Origin: an uncultured Demequinaceae bacterium
GTDB lineage: Bacteria; Actinomycetota; Actinomycetes; Actinomycetales; Demequinaceae
Length of the DNA: 64,000 bases
Direction of reading: 5' to 3'
Assembly (NCBI GenBank): GCA_964517615.1
Contig: CAZFEH010000001.1
Coordinates: 21,961-85,960, forward strand
Under the pieces are notes generated by a model, which saw only the letters and a program-made list of their open reading frames with translations, ran no database searches and was not told the origin of the DNA. Shown one piece after another: positions 10,646 to 20,889 of this stretch (position 1 is its first letter; every line of letters starts with the position of its first letter). The position numbers and the translations under genes were made by a program.

Positions 10646-11094
10646 TGGCCGGCGTCGGCGCGCGCTCATGGGGTGCATCGTCGTGGGGGGCACTCTCCGG
10701 CGAGCCCCTGTCCCTCGATGCCCACGTGGGCGCCGTGGCAGACGGTCGCCACGGCGCGGTGGCCACTTTTGTAGGGCTCGTGCGCGATCACGACCCGGCG
10801 GTGGAGGGTGTGGTGACCCACCTCGAATACTCGGCACATCCCGATGCCGCGGCCACCATCGCGCGCGTCGTTGCCGAGGTCGCCGCGCGACACGAAGCCG
10901 CCATCGCCCTGACCCATCGGGTGGGGCTGCTGGCCGTGGGAGACGCCGCCATCGTGGTCGCCGCCGCCTCGGCGCATCGCGCGGAGGCGTTCGCCGCATG
11001 CCGGGAAGCCGTGGAGAGGGTCAAGGCTGAGCTTCCCGTGTGGAAGCGCGAGATCCTGGCCGACGGCTCCCACACCTGGGTGGGCATCGCATGA
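10645..11094 (+). CDS. moaE: Molybdopterin synthase catalytic subunit
   Basis: GAVATFVGLVRDHD, LEYSAHP, HRVGLLAVGD, KAELPVWKRE. Confidence 0.92.
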   Translation: MAGVGARSWGASSWGALSGEPLSLDAHVGAVADGRHGAVATFVGLVRDHDPAVEGVVTHLEYSAHPDAAATIARVVAEVAARHEAAIALTHRVGLLAVGDAAIVVAAASAHRAEAFAACREAVERVKAELPVWKREILADGSHTWVGIA

Positions 11095-12089
11095 GCAGGC
11101 TCGTGGACCGCTACGGACGGGTGCATCGTGACCTGCGCATCTCCCTCACCGATCGCTGCTCCCTGCGCTGCACCTACTGCATGCCCGCGGATGGCGTGCC
11201 GTGGCTGGCCTCCGCCACCCTGCTTACCACCGACGAGTTGATCCGGCTGGTGCGCGTGGCCGTGGGCCTGGGCGTACGCGAGGTGCGCCTCACCGGAGGC
11301 GAGCCGCTGCTGCGCCCCGACGTGCTGGACGTGGTGCGCGCACTCGCCGCCGTGCGCACCGGTGACGGCGAACCGCTCGACCTGTCCTTGACCACCAACG
11401 GCCTGCGCCTGCCCTCCATGGCCGCGGCCCTGCGCGACGCGGGCCTGGACCGCGTCAACATCTCACTCGACACCCTCCAGCGCGGTCGCTTCATCGAGCT
11501 GACGCGCCGCGACCGGCTCGCCGACACACTCGCAGGGATCGAGGCGGCACGCGCGGTGGGATTCAGCCCGGTCAAGCTCAACGCGCTCATCATGCGCGGG
11601 GTCAACGACGACGAGGTGGTCGATCTGGTGGACTTCGCCGTGGAGCGCGGCCTGCAGATGCGCTTCATCGAGCACATGCCGCTCGATGGCGGCCACACCT
11701 GGCGGCGCGAAGAGATGGTCACGGCCCGGGAGATCCTCGATGCCGTCTCCGCGCGCTTCGAGCTGAAGGCGCTGGGACATGACGGGGCGGCACCAGCCGA
11801 GACGTTCCGCATCGTAGGGACCGATGCCACGGTGGGCGTGATAGCCTCCGTGACCCGGGCCTTCTGCGGCCGCTGCGACCGGGTGCGCCTGACCGCCGAC
11901 GGCCAGTTCCGCAACTGCCTCTTCGCCCACGAGGAATCCGACCTGCGCGGCCTGCTGCGCGACGGCGGCGACGACGCGCGCCTGGCCGAGGCGATGATCA
12001 CGTGCGTCGCGGCCAAGCGGGTGGGGCACGGGATTGACGACCCGTCTTTCATCCAGCCGGCGCGCCCCATGAGTGCGATCGGCGGCTGA
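11091..12089 (+). CDS. moaA: GTP 3',8-cyclase (radical SAM)
   Basis: LRISLTDRCSLRCTYC, FCGRCDRVRLTADG, C-terminal MSAIGG. Confidence 0.96.
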   Translation: MSRLVDRYGRVHRDLRISLTDRCSLRCTYCMPADGVPWLASATLLTTDELIRLVRVAVGLGVREVRLTGGEPLLRPDVLDVVRALAAVRTGDGEPLDLSLTTNGLRLPSMAAALRDAGLDRVNISLDTLQRGRFIELTRRDRLADTLAGIEAARAVGFSPVKLNALIMRGVNDDEVVDLVDFAVERGLQMRFIEHMPLDGGHTWRREEMVTAREILDAVSARFELKALGHDGAAPAETFRIVGTDATVGVIASVTRAFCGRCDRVRLTADGQFRNCLFAHEESDLRGLLRDGGDDARLAEAMITCVAAKRVGHGIDDPSFIQPARPMSAIGG

Positions 12090-12124
12090 GGCGCGGCCTG
12101 TGACGCGGGGCGTGCCGAGCGCGG

Positions 12125-12385
12125 TCATCGCGCACGCCTCTTTGCCAGGCTTCCCGCCCGCAGCCAGCCGATATCACTACCGAGGGGATCACAGACTCGA
12201 TCATCTGATCGAGCAAGTCCAGCGCACGGAGCACCTGCGACACGTTGCCAATACCCACACCTGGCTCGCCGGTTTCAATCTTGCGCAAGGTATCGCAGGT
12301 GATGCCTGCGCGTTCAGCCACCTGCTGCGCGGTGAGTCCAAGCACCATGCGCCAGCCGCGCACGTGTTCACCGATCTTGGTGCGC
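12125..12385 (-). pseudogene. Truncated, frameshifted XRE-family HTH (HipB-like antitoxin) remnant
   Basis: KIGEHVRGWRMVLGLTAQQVAERAGITCDTLRKIETGEPGVG is an XRE HTH with no start codon. A frameshift near 12190 gives DPLGSDIGWLRAGSLAKRRAR*, and that stop overlaps an ATG. Codon usage differs from neighbours. Confidence 0.6.
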
Positions 12386-12388
12386 GCC

Positions 12389-12664
12389 CTATCCCCCGGC
12401 AAAGGGCGGTAGCACATCCACCACGTCGCCCTGGCGCAGGGCCGCCTCATCGTCCAACCGCACACCATCGCGCAAGAGCGAGCACTGCGGCACCACGCGC
12501 GCGGCATCCTCCCCTCGGGCACCGAGCGCCTCGCGCAACGCCGACGCGGACCCGGCGGCGATCACGTCCTCCTGGGCACCCAGCGCCTCCGCAGCCGCGG
12601 CATAGAGCCGCACGGTGACCCGGGGAGTTTGACCCACCTGAACAGCATCCCCCGCCACAGTCAC
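12389..12664 (-). CDS. moaD: MoaD/ThiS sulfur carrier protein
   Basis: VRLYAAAAEALG...VDVLPPFAGG C-terminus. Confidence 0.92.
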   Translation of the reverse strand: MTVAGDAVQVGQTPRVTVRLYAAAAEALGAQEDVIAAGSASALREALGARGEDAARVVPQCSLLRDGVRLDDEAALRQGDVVDVLPPFAGG

Positions 12665-12912
12665 GCACCGCTCCAGCCCTGAGCGAGCGCTGAGGCTCGC
12701 TCACACTCGGCAGAGATATCGTCTCCTCGCGCGCCGCGACGCCCCGCCGCGTATCCCACCATGAAGGTGGCCAGCGGCGCCGCGGGCCGGACCACGGAGT
12801 GGGCCGCATCCCGCGCCACGTCGAGCAGCGCATGCACATCCACCTCGCCGATGTCGAGGTCGAACTCCTTGGCCAGCGCCCCGATCCACTGCTCCACTGC
12901 ACTCTCGGTCAT
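12661..12912 (-). CDS. DUF6457-type small protein (MobA-associated)
   Basis: LLDVARDAAHSVVRPAAPLATFMVGYAAG motif typical of the small domain beside or fused to actinobacterial MobA. Confidence 0.7.
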   Translation of the reverse strand: MTESAVEQWIGALAKEFDLDIGEVDVHALLDVARDAAHSVVRPAAPLATFMVGYAAGRRGARGDDISAECERASALAQGWSGA

Positions 12913-13511
12913 GTCAGCCTTCCCTTCCAGAAGTCAACGTCTTCCCAGGTATCGACGTCATGGGCGGCCTCGTGGGCACCCGTGACCTCCACGATGTCGA
13001 GGCCTTCCACCAGCCTACGCATGGACCAACCGGTCATGTCCTGACCACACCGCGCGGCAAGCGCTTCGGTGCGATACACGGCGAGCAGCACCTGCGCCCG
13101 CCCCGAGGCATCGAGCAGACAGGCGCCATCGCGCGCCCGGGCCCGCAACAGCAAAGACAGGGCGGCATCCAGGCCAGGCAGGTCCACGGCCACCACGACC
13201 GTCCAGAGCGCCCCGCCCGCACCGGACAGCGCCGCGAGCCCCGCACCCACCGCCGCGGCGGGCCCGCCCCCGGGGGGATCCTCGACGGTCCACAGCACAC
13301 CGTCGCGCGCCGGGCCTCCCACCACCACCGTCTGCACGGCATCGGCCAGCGTGGCCAGGGTGCGGTCCAACAGTGCCATCTCACCCACCCTCAGGTCCGG
13401 CTTGGAAACGCCCCCCAACCGCTCCCCCTTGCCCCCCGCCACGATGAGCGCGTCCCAGTCCTCAACCACGCCCTCAGTCAGCCCCATAGGCGCCCCGGCA
13501 TCGTGAGCCAT
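12909..13511 (-). CDS. mobA: Molybdenum cofactor guanylyltransferase
   Basis: IVAGGKGERLGGVSKP, EDPPGGGPAAA, AVDLP, DVDTWED. Confidence 0.85.
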   Translation of the reverse strand: MAHDAGAPMGLTEGVVEDWDALIVAGGKGERLGGVSKPDLRVGEMALLDRTLATLADAVQTVVVGGPARDGVLWTVEDPPGGGPAAAVGAGLAALSGAGGALWTVVVAVDLPGLDAALSLLLRARARDGACLLDASGRAQVLLAVYRTEALAARCGQDMTGWSMRRLVEGLDIVEVTGAHEAAHDVDTWEDVDFWKGRLT

Positions 13512-13517
13512 CGCAGC

Positions 13518-13991
13518 CTACTGCTGCCGCCGCCACGAGCCGGACTTGCCGCCGTCCTTGGCCACCAGTTGCACGTGCCGGATCGACGTGCCCTTGTCCA
13601 GTCCCTTGACCATGTCCACCACGTTGAGCGCGGCAACGGAGACGGCGGTCAGGGCCTCCATCTCCACCCCCGTGCGGTCGGCGGTGGAGACCTCGGCACT
13701 CAGGTGCACGCCGTCGTCCTCGATGAGCGCCTCCACGCGCACGCCATGCACCCCGATCACGTGCGCGAGCGGCAGCAGTTCGGGCGTGCGCTTGGCAGCC
13801 GCAATGCCGGCAATGCGGGCCACCGCCAGCACATCCCCCTTGGGGACCGTCTGATCGCGCAGCGCCGCCACCACGTGGGGCGCGCAGTCGACCACGGCCT
13901 CGGCCACGGCACGGCGGACGGTGGGCTGCTTGGCCGTCACGTCCACCATGCGCGCGTCACCGCGGCCATCCAGATGGGTGAAGTCGCTCAT
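13518..13991 (-). CDS. moaC: Cyclic pyranopterin monophosphate synthase
   Basis: FTHLD...ARMVDV, KGDVLAVARIAGI, TGVEMEAL, KDGGKSG. Confidence 0.96.
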   Translation of the reverse strand: MSDFTHLDGRGDARMVDVTAKQPTVRRAVAEAVVDCAPHVVAALRDQTVPKGDVLAVARIAGIAAAKRTPELLPLAHVIGVHGVRVEALIEDDGVHLSAEVSTADRTGVEMEALTAVSVAALNVVDMVKGLDKGTSIRHVQLVAKDGGKSGSWRRQQ

Positions 13992-15181
13992 GCGGTGAAC
14001 CTCCTGACCAGGACGCTATCACCGGGCGCCACGGCATCGGCCGATGCCGGGACCCGGGCCAGCGCCTCGGCGGCGGCCAGGCGTGCGGCCAGATGGGAAC
14101 CGGAGCCGCCCGAGGTGGCGGGAACCACAGCGCCATCCGCGATGACGACGGGGATGAACTGCTCGCGCCCTGGCGGACACGACCACGCCGCTCCGGCCGG
14201 CATCGGCTCCCATTCACCCTCGGTGGTGCCCTTGGCTACACCCTGTAGCGCACGCACCACGGGCGCCACCAGGGCCTCAACCGAGACGGCCACTGCCACG
14301 GGATTGCCCGGCAGACACAGGATGGGAGTGCCAGCCAGCCTTCCCAAGCCCTGTGGCTTGCCCGGCTGCATGGCCACCTTCGCGAACTCCACCTCGGGCA
14401 GCGCGGCCTTCACGGGATCGCTCTCCCCCACGCTCGCGCCGCCCGTGGTGACGAGCAGGTCCACCTGTGCGGCCAGCAGCAGGCGGCGCACCGCATCCGG
14501 ATCGTCTCCCGCCCGCCCCAGCGGCACGGGCTGAGCGCCCAGAGCCGTGAGCGCCGCATAGAGGTACGTGGCATTCGAGTCATGTATTTGCCCAGGCCCC
14601 AAGGGTGCGCCCGGCTCCACCAGCTCGTCACCCGTCACCAGATAGCCCACGCGCGCCCGGCCGCGCACGCTCAGCCGGTCCAGGCCGGCGGCGGCAGCGG
14701 CGGCCAGGTGGCGTGCACCCAGCATCACCCCCGGCCCCAGCACTGTGTCTCCCGGGCGGATGTCCTCACCCTCACGCCGGATGTGGTGACCCGCAACGGT
14801 CGGGGCACCAAAAGTGGCGACGCCCTCGCCCGCCGTCACCACCTCTTGGGCCACCACGGCATCGGCGCCGGGCGGCACCGGGGCCCCTGTCATGATCCGC
14901 ACCGTGGTGCCCGCCTCCACGGGGACGATGCTGGGGTGGCCGGCCAGTGCCCGTCCCGTCACAGTCAGCGTGACGGCGTGCTCCCCCGATGCCTCCGCCA
15001 GGTCGGCGACACGCACCGCATAGCCGTCCATGGCGGAGTTGTCGAAGACCGGGGCCGCGATGCGCGCCCGCGCCTCACCGGCCGTCACGCGGCCCAGGGC
15101 ATCGGCCAGGGGGACCTCCTGTGCCGGCAACGCCTCCACGAGCCCGAGCGCCCGTGCCACATGCTCGTCCACCGTGCGCAT
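13988..15181 (-). CDS. moeA: Molybdopterin molybdotransferase
   Basis: FDNSAMDGYAV, IMTGAPVP, TGDEL, TTGGASVG, MQPGKPQG, LPGNP. Confidence 0.94.
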   Translation of the reverse strand: MRTVDEHVARALGLVEALPAQEVPLADALGRVTAGEARARIAAPVFDNSAMDGYAVRVADLAEASGEHAVTLTVTGRALAGHPSIVPVEAGTTVRIMTGAPVPPGADAVVAQEVVTAGEGVATFGAPTVAGHHIRREGEDIRPGDTVLGPGVMLGARHLAAAAAAGLDRLSVRGRARVGYLVTGDELVEPGAPLGPGQIHDSNATYLYAALTALGAQPVPLGRAGDDPDAVRRLLLAAQVDLLVTTGGASVGESDPVKAALPEVEFAKVAMQPGKPQGLGRLAGTPILCLPGNPVAVAVSVEALVAPVVRALQGVAKGTTEGEWEPMPAGAAWSCPPGREQFIPVVIADGAVVPATSGGSGSHLAARLAAAEALARVPASADAVAPGDSVLVRRFTA

Positions 15182-15894
15182 CAGGCCTCCGCCTCTCGTG
15201 CAGCAACGGGCATGGTGCGCCATGTGCCGTCGCGCACGTCTACCACGGATAGTCGGCCCGCGAGCGTGGTGCCCGTGCCGGTCAGGTGGATGACGGCTTG
15301 CGTGGCCATCGCGGTACCCACCTGACCGCACAGTGGACCCAAGACCCCGCCGCCCTCGCACACCGCGAGGTCGGCATCGGGCTCCTGCGGGAAGAGATCC
15401 CGCAGGCGGTGCGCGGCGTCAAAAATGGTGATCTGGCCATACCACGCCGAGATCGCACCCCACACCGTGGGCAGGCCCAGGGCGGCGGCGGCATCCGCGA
15501 TGAGGTAGCGCGAGGCCCACGTGTCCGTGCCATCGAGCACCAGGTCATGGCCCGCGAGCACTTGCTCGGCATTGGCGGGTGTGAGGCGCAGGTCGAGCGC
15601 CGTCACGGAGCACCACGGCGCCTGCTCACGCAGGCGCGCAGCAGCCACCTCTACCTTGCGCCGCCCCACATCTCCCGGGCCGTAGAGCAACTGCCGGTGC
15701 AGGTTGGTGCCGGAGATGGAATCCGAGTCGATGAGGGTGAGATAGCCCACGCCGGCTCCCGCTAGATACTGCGCGGCGGGACAGCCCAAACCGCCCATGC
15801 CCACCAGGGCCACGCGCGCGCGGCCCAGCGCCTCCTGAGCCTCGGTCCCGAAGCCCGCGAGCGCGCGATGACGCATAAAGGGATCAGAGTCCAC
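15181..15894 (-). CDS. moeB: MoeB/ThiF-family adenylyltransferase
   Basis: VGMGGLGCP, NLHRQ, DGTDT, GVLGPLCG; the GTG start at 15894 is a best guess. Confidence 0.85.
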   Translation of the reverse strand: MDSDPFMRHRALAGFGTEAQEALGRARVALVGMGGLGCPAAQYLAGAGVGYLTLIDSDSISGTNLHRQLLYGPGDVGRRKVEVAAARLREQAPWCSVTALDLRLTPANAEQVLAGHDLVLDGTDTWASRYLIADAAAALGLPTVWGAISAWYGQITIFDAAHRLRDLFPQEPDADLAVCEGGGVLGPLCGQVGTAMATQAVIHLTGTGTTLAGRLSVVDVRDGTWRTMPVAAREAEA

Positions 15895-16579
15895 TGGTGC
15901 TCCGGTACCTTTCCGCGATGATCTCCACGAGCCGGGCATCGGGCGCGAGCGGGGCGGTCACCCAGTCCGCTTCTGCCTCCTCCAGCCTGCGCTGGAAGAA
16001 GCCAGGAGCCAGGAGGTACGACGCGACGGCGACGCTCGCATGCCCCTGGTCGCGCAACCGCCCCACGGCATCGGCGGCAGTGGGGGCGATGCCCGCCGCA
16101 TAGCCCACCTCCACAGGTCCGAGCCAGCGCTCGCGGAGCAGGGCGGCCGCGGCCTCCGTGTCCGCCTGCGAGCGGGGGTCCGACGAGCCCGCGGCCGCGA
16201 AGACCACGGCGGTGTCGAGCGGCACGCCTGCCTCGCGCAGGCGGTCCACCACCATGTCGATGAGCCGCGCATCAGGCCCCAGCGCGGGGGTGGCCGCGAC
16301 GTCCTCGCGATGCTCCACCGCGCGGGCGATGTCCACGTGCACGTGATAGCCGCCGGCCAGCAGGAGCGGCACCACGACGGCTGCGGCCGGCCCCACGCCC
16401 GGCATGATGCCGCACTGCACGGTCGAGACCACCTCGGCCACATGGGGGTCCTGGACGTCCACGTAGGCTTCACGCACCTCGACACCCAGGGCATCCCGCA
16501 CCTGGTCGATGAGCTCCCGAATGACCTCTTGACCCTGGGGGTCGCGCGTGCCGTGCGCGCAGGCGATGAGCACTGTCAT
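15884..16579 (-). CDS. Sirohydrochlorin chelatase (SirB/CbiX family)
   Basis: AHGTRDP, AYVDVQDP, VPLLLAGGYHV, AAGSSDP, YLLAPGFF; two CbiX-like halves. Confidence 0.85.
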   Translation of the reverse strand: MTVLIACAHGTRDPQGQEVIRELIDQVRDALGVEVREAYVDVQDPHVAEVVSTVQCGIMPGVGPAAAVVVPLLLAGGYHVHVDIARAVEHREDVAATPALGPDARLIDMVVDRLREAGVPLDTAVVFAAAGSSDPRSQADTEAAAALLRERWLGPVEVGYAAGIAPTAADAVGRLRDQGHASVAVASYLLAPGFFQRRLEEAEADWVTAPLAPDARLVEIIAERYRSTSGL

Positions 16580-17772
16580 GATGTCCGGTCTACCAGAAAA
16601 TCCTCGCGGGCCACGTCTCCCATGATGATGACGGCCGGATTGGTCACCCCCACCTCGGCACACCGCCCCACGATGCCCTCCAGAGGGGCCCGCGTCACCC
16701 GCTGCTGCGGCAGGCTCGCGCTCTCCACGACCGCCACGGGCACGCGAGGATCAATCCCCGCCGCCACGGCTGCGGCGACCGTCTCCCCAAGCGCCCCCAC
16801 CCCCATGAGCAGCACCACCGTGACCCCCTCACGCAGTGCCGCGAGCGCCACGGCGTCCAGGCCCCCGTGACCGGCCGCGACGAGCACGCCCGCCGTCACC
16901 GCGCGATCCGTCACGGGTATCCCGGCGAGCGCCGGCCCGGCGATGGCCGAGCTCAGCCCCGGCACCACCTCCACCGCCACCCCCGCACGCACGCACGCCT
17001 CGACCTCCTCGCCACCGCGTCCCAGCACAAAGGGATCGCCCCCCTTGAGACGCACCACCACCCGGCCCGCGAGGGCGTGCTCCACGAGCAGGGCGTTGAT
17101 CTGCTCCTGCGGCACCGGGTGATGGTCAGGACGCTTGCCCACGTCGATGCGCTCCACCGCATCGGGAAGCGCGGCAAGCAGCTCCTCGGTGCCCAGGCGG
17201 TCGTGGACCACCACATCGGCGCCGGCCAGGGCGCGGCGACCCCGCACGGTGATGAGGTCCGCCGCCCCGGGACCGGCTCCCACCAGCACCACCCGCCCCG
17301 TGGCAGGGGCCCGATGCGGTGTCGGCACCGCGGCGCCCTCCGCCACGAGCGCCGCGAAGGCATCCCGCAGGGCGAGCGAGCGCCGCGGATCGGCCTCACC
17401 GGCCGAGACCACGCCGAACACCACGTCCTCGTGCCGCGCCTGGGCGACCATGCGCGCGGAGCCCTGACCGGCATCGGCGGCCTGCACGCACCAGATCCGA
17501 CGCTCCTCAGCCCATCGAGCCACGCACGTGTTGACCTCGCGCGAACCGGTCGCGGCCACCACCAGCCATGCGCCGTCGAGGTCGCCCTCGCTCACCCCAC
17601 GCACCACGACCTCCACGCCCGGAGCCGATGCCAGGGCGGGATCCGGCTCGGGCGCCACCACGGTGACGTGGGCGCCGTCTGCGGCGAGCGCGAGCGCTCG
17701 GCGGGTGCCCACCGCGCCGCCGCCCGCGACGAGCACTCGCCGCCCCGCCAGGTCGAGCCCGAGGAGCCTCAT
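16576..17772 (-). CDS. cysG: Siroheme synthase-like fusion: precorrin-2 dehydrogenase plus uroporphyrinogen-III C-methyltransferase
   Basis: N-terminal VAGGGAVG NAD-binding motif; C-terminal LVGAGPG, RLKGGDPFVLGRGGEE. Confidence 0.88.
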   Translation of the reverse strand: MRLLGLDLAGRRVLVAGGGAVGTRRALALAADGAHVTVVAPEPDPALASAPGVEVVVRGVSEGDLDGAWLVVAATGSREVNTCVARWAEERRIWCVQAADAGQGSARMVAQARHEDVVFGVVSAGEADPRRSLALRDAFAALVAEGAAVPTPHRAPATGRVVLVGAGPGAADLITVRGRRALAGADVVVHDRLGTEELLAALPDAVERIDVGKRPDHHPVPQEQINALLVEHALAGRVVVRLKGGDPFVLGRGGEEVEACVRAGVAVEVVPGLSSAIAGPALAGIPVTDRAVTAGVLVAAGHGGLDAVALAALREGVTVVLLMGVGALGETVAAAVAAGIDPRVPVAVVESASLPQQRVTRAPLEGIVGRCAEVGVTNPAVIIMGDVAREDFLVDRTS

Positions 17773-17837
17773 GACTGTGCTTGCTTCATGACTGTGCTTG
17801 CTTCATGACTGTGCCCTTTTCATGACCGTGCCCACTC
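17770..17837. repeat. Four 17-bp tandem units (CATGACTGTGCTTGCTT consensus) at the hemL/cysG junction
   Basis: Units at 17770, 17787, 17804 and 17821. On the minus strand they read ...TCATGA and encode MKRAQS*, MKQAQS*, MKQAQS* with ATGA overlaps. Confidence 0.92.
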
Positions 17838-19121
17838 AGTCACGGCCTCGACCACGGCCGCCACCTGCTCCGGGGTATGCGCGGTGGAGACGAACCACGC
17901 TTCGAAGGCGCTCGGGGGAAGCCACACCCCGGCCGCATGGAGGGCGTGGAACAGGCTCGCGTAGGCGGCGGTGTCCTGGGAGCCGGCCTGAGAGACGTCC
18001 ACCGGCGGCGCGTGCAGCCCCGTGAAGAACGAGACCAACGTGCCCGCCTTCCCCACCGCGATGGCACGACCGGCAGCATCGAAGGCGCCCGCCACCCCCT
18101 CAGCGAGGGCATCGGCGAGACCCGCCAGGTGCGCATAGGCGGCATCGTCCAGAAGCAACAGCGTGGCGAGCCCTGCCGCGACCGCGACCGGGTTGCCCGA
18201 GAGCGTGCCCGCCTGATACACCGGCCCCACGGGCGCGAGTTGATCCATGAGGTCGGCGCGCCCGGCCACGGCGGCCACCGGCAGCCCGCCACCGATGACC
18301 TTGCCGAACGTCACCAGATCCGGCACCCAAGGCTCCTCGCCCGTCGCCAGAGCGGCATCGCGCTCCACGCCCCACCACCCGGCGGGGCCGGCGCGAAAGC
18401 CCGTGAGCACCTCGTCGCAGATCATGACGGAGCCGGCCTCACGGCACAGCGTCGCGATGAGCGCGTTGAAGCCCGCGGGCGGCGCGATGACTCCCATATT
18501 GGCGGGCGCGGCCTCCGTGATGACGGCGGCGATGCGCGGGCCGTGCTGCGCGAACGCGGCGCGCAGGGCGGTGGTATCCCCGTAGGGCAGCACCACGGTG
18601 AGCGCGGCCACGTCTTTCGGAACGCCGGCACTCGACGGCGTGCCCGCCGTCGCCAGTCCCGACCCCGCCGCCACCAGCAGTCCGTCGGAATGCCCGTGAT
18701 AGCAGCCTGCGAACTTCACGATCAGGTCCCGTCCGGTGGCGGCCCGCGCCAGACGCAGCGCGGTCATGGTCGCCTCGGTGCCCGTCGAGACCAGGCGCAC
18801 CCTCTCGGCGGGCGGGTAGCGGCGGCGGATCTCCTCGGCCAAGTCCAGCTCGGCCTCGGTGGTCGCGCCAAAGCTCAGACCCCGCGCCGCCGCGCGCTGG
18901 ACGGCCTCGACCACCACCGGATGCGCATGACCCACGATGCCCGCACCCCACGAGCACACCAGGTCGATGTACTCCCGACCGGCCGCATCCCTCAGCAGGG
19001 CACCCTGGCCCGACGCCACGGCCACCGGGGAGCCGCCCACGCCGTTCCAGGCCCGCACCGGCGAGTTCACGCCCCCGGGCAGCACCGCGGCGGCCCGCGC
19101 GGTGAAATCGTGGTGCCCCAT
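17820..19121 (-). CDS. hemL: Glutamate-1-semialdehyde 2,1-aminomutase
   Basis: [55 protein letters not shown]. Confidence 0.95.
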   Translation of the reverse strand: MGHHDFTARAAAVLPGGVNSPVRAWNGVGGSPVAVASGQGALLRDAAGREYIDLVCSWGAGIVGHAHPVVVEAVQRAAARGLSFGATTEAELDLAEEIRRRYPPAERVRLVSTGTEATMTALRLARAATGRDLIVKFAGCYHGHSDGLLVAAGSGLATAGTPSSAGVPKDVAALTVVLPYGDTTALRAAFAQHGPRIAAVITEAAPANMGVIAPPAGFNALIATLCREAGSVMICDEVLTGFRAGPAGWWGVERDAALATGEEPWVPDLVTFGKVIGGGLPVAAVAGRADLMDQLAPVGPVYQAGTLSGNPVAVAAGLATLLLLDDAAYAHLAGLADALAEGVAGAFDAAGRAIAVGKAGTLVSFFTGLHAPPVDVSQAGSQDTAAYASLFHALHAAGVWLPPSAFEAWFVSTAHTPEQVAAVVEAVTEWARS

Positions 19122-20122
19122 CACGCCCGGCCCGTGCGCTCGCGGTCGATCCAGGCGGCGATCTCGATCGCCGCATAGGTGAGCACGATGTCGGCGCCCG
19201 CACGCTGCAAGGCCGTGACGGCCTCCAGGTGGGCGGCGCGGCGGTCGATCCACCCCTGGGCGGCGGCGGCCTCGATCTGGGAGTACTCGCCACTCACGTG
19301 ATAGGCGGCGACGGGAACGGTCGAGGCGCGCGCCACCTCCGCGAGCACGTCCAGGTAGGGCAGCCCGGGCTTGACCATGAGGATGTCGGCGCCCTGCTGC
19401 AGATCCAGCGCCGCCTCCCGCAGGCCCTCGCGGGCGTTGGCCACATCCAGCTGATAGGTGCGGCGATCGCCGCTGAGCTGACTGTCCACCGCCTCGCGGA
19501 ACGGCCCGTACAGCGGCGAGGCGTACTTGGCCGCATAGGCCAGGAGCACCGTGTCGGCATGTCCGGCCCCGTCGAGCGCCTCCCGCACTGCGGCCACCTG
19601 GCCGTCCATCATGCCGCTCAGCCCCAGCACCTGCGCGCCGGCGTGAGCCTGATCCACCGCCATGCGTGCGTAGACGACCAGCGTCGCATCGTTGTCGACA
19701 CCGCCGGAAGCATCGAGCACCCCGCAGTGGCCGTGGTCGGTGAACTCGTCGAGGCACACATCGCTCATCACCACGAGCCTCTCCCCCGCGGCCGCCCGTG
19801 CCACCGCGATAGCGCGCTGCATGATGCTGTCCGCGCCCAGGGCCGCAGTGCCGTGCGCATCCCGATGCGCGGGGACCGCGAAGAGCATCACGCCGCCTAT
19901 CCCGGCATCGGCCGCCCTGGACACCTCGACGGCAAGCGAGTCCAGCGTGTGGCGCGTCACGCCCGGCATGGAGACGATCGGCGTGGGCTCGGCCAGACCC
20001 TCCTCCACAAAGAGGGGCAATACCAGCGCCGATGCGTCAAGCCGCACCTCACGCACGAGGCGCCGCAGGGCGGCATTCGTCCGCAGGCGGCGGGGACGCT
20101 CACGGGGAAGGGGGACGCTCAC
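19121..20122 (-). CDS. hemB: Porphobilinogen synthase
   Basis: [46 protein letters not shown]. Confidence 0.96.
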   Translation of the reverse strand: MSVPLPRERPRRLRTNAALRRLVREVRLDASALVLPLFVEEGLAEPTPIVSMPGVTRHTLDSLAVEVSRAADAGIGGVMLFAVPAHRDAHGTAALGADSIMQRAIAVARAAAGERLVVMSDVCLDEFTDHGHCGVLDASGGVDNDATLVVYARMAVDQAHAGAQVLGLSGMMDGQVAAVREALDGAGHADTVLLAYAAKYASPLYGPFREAVDSQLSGDRRTYQLDVANAREGLREAALDLQQGADILMVKPGLPYLDVLAEVARASTVPVAAYHVSGEYSQIEAAAAQGWIDRRAAHLEAVTALQRAGADIVLTYAAIEIAAWIDRERTGRA

Positions 20123-20886
20123 GCGGACTCCTCGAAGACGGTCGCAAGAGCCTCCAGTATGCCCGCATGACTGGGAGAGGCGGCGACGATGGTGGGGGTG
20201 AGACCCAGACGGCGCGCACTGGCCGCAGTGGTGTCCCCGATGGCGACGACGACGGTGCCGCTGGGCACGCGGGCCTCGCCCAGGTCGCGCCGCACCCGCC
20301 GCGCTACCGAGGTGGAGGTCAGCACCATGGCGTCGATCTCGCCATGGGACACCGCTGCGGTGGTCACGGAATCCAGGCCCGGGCCGTCCACGGTGCGGTA
20401 GGCTTCCACCTTCTGTGTCTGCCAGCCCTTGGCGCCGATGCCCCGGGCCAATGCTGGCGAGGCCAGGTTCCCCACGGGGACCAGCACCCTACCTGCCCCC
20501 GCCGGAAATGCCTCCAGGAGTCCTGCGGCATCGGACTGCTCCGGAGTGAGATCCACCTGCAGGCCCAGGTCACGGCACACGCGCGTGGTCGCCGCACCCA
20601 CCGCCGCCAGTTTGCTCCCGGCAGGCACGGACAGCACGGCCCCCTCGGATCGAGCCGCCTCGGCCAACGCGAGCACGGCATTGCGCGAGGTGACCGCCAG
20701 CCAGGCGAACTCCCCTGCAAGCCAGTCCACCACGGCATCGGCCAGCGCCTGGGGTGTGGAGGTGGGCGCGATGGCGATGCACTCGACCTCTGTGACCAGG
20801 GCACCCCGCGAGTGCAAGGCCTGAGCCAGCTCGCGCCGCTCCCGTGTCACCGGCACCAGAATGCGCCGCCCCTCAAGGCCGGGCAT
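20119..20886 (-). CDS. hemD: Uroporphyrinogen-III synthase
   Basis: VTSRNAV, AVGAAT, EAYRT, TSTS, AIGDTTA; between hemC and hemB. Confidence 0.88.
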   Translation of the reverse strand: MPGLEGRRILVPVTRERRELAQALHSRGALVTEVECIAIAPTSTPQALADAVVDWLAGEFAWLAVTSRNAVLALAEAARSEGAVLSVPAGSKLAAVGAATTRVCRDLGLQVDLTPEQSDAAGLLEAFPAGAGRVLVPVGNLASPALARGIGAKGWQTQKVEAYRTVDGPGLDSVTTAAVSHGEIDAMVLTSTSVARRVRRDLGEARVPSGTVVVAIGDTTAASARRLGLTPTIVAASPSHAGILEALATVFEESA

Positions 20887-20889
20887 GGC

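Noticed and set aside
17770-17837. Possible CRISPR array (also considered for 53094-53170)
   Set aside because: Repeats are directly adjacent with no unique spacers, and no cas genes are present.
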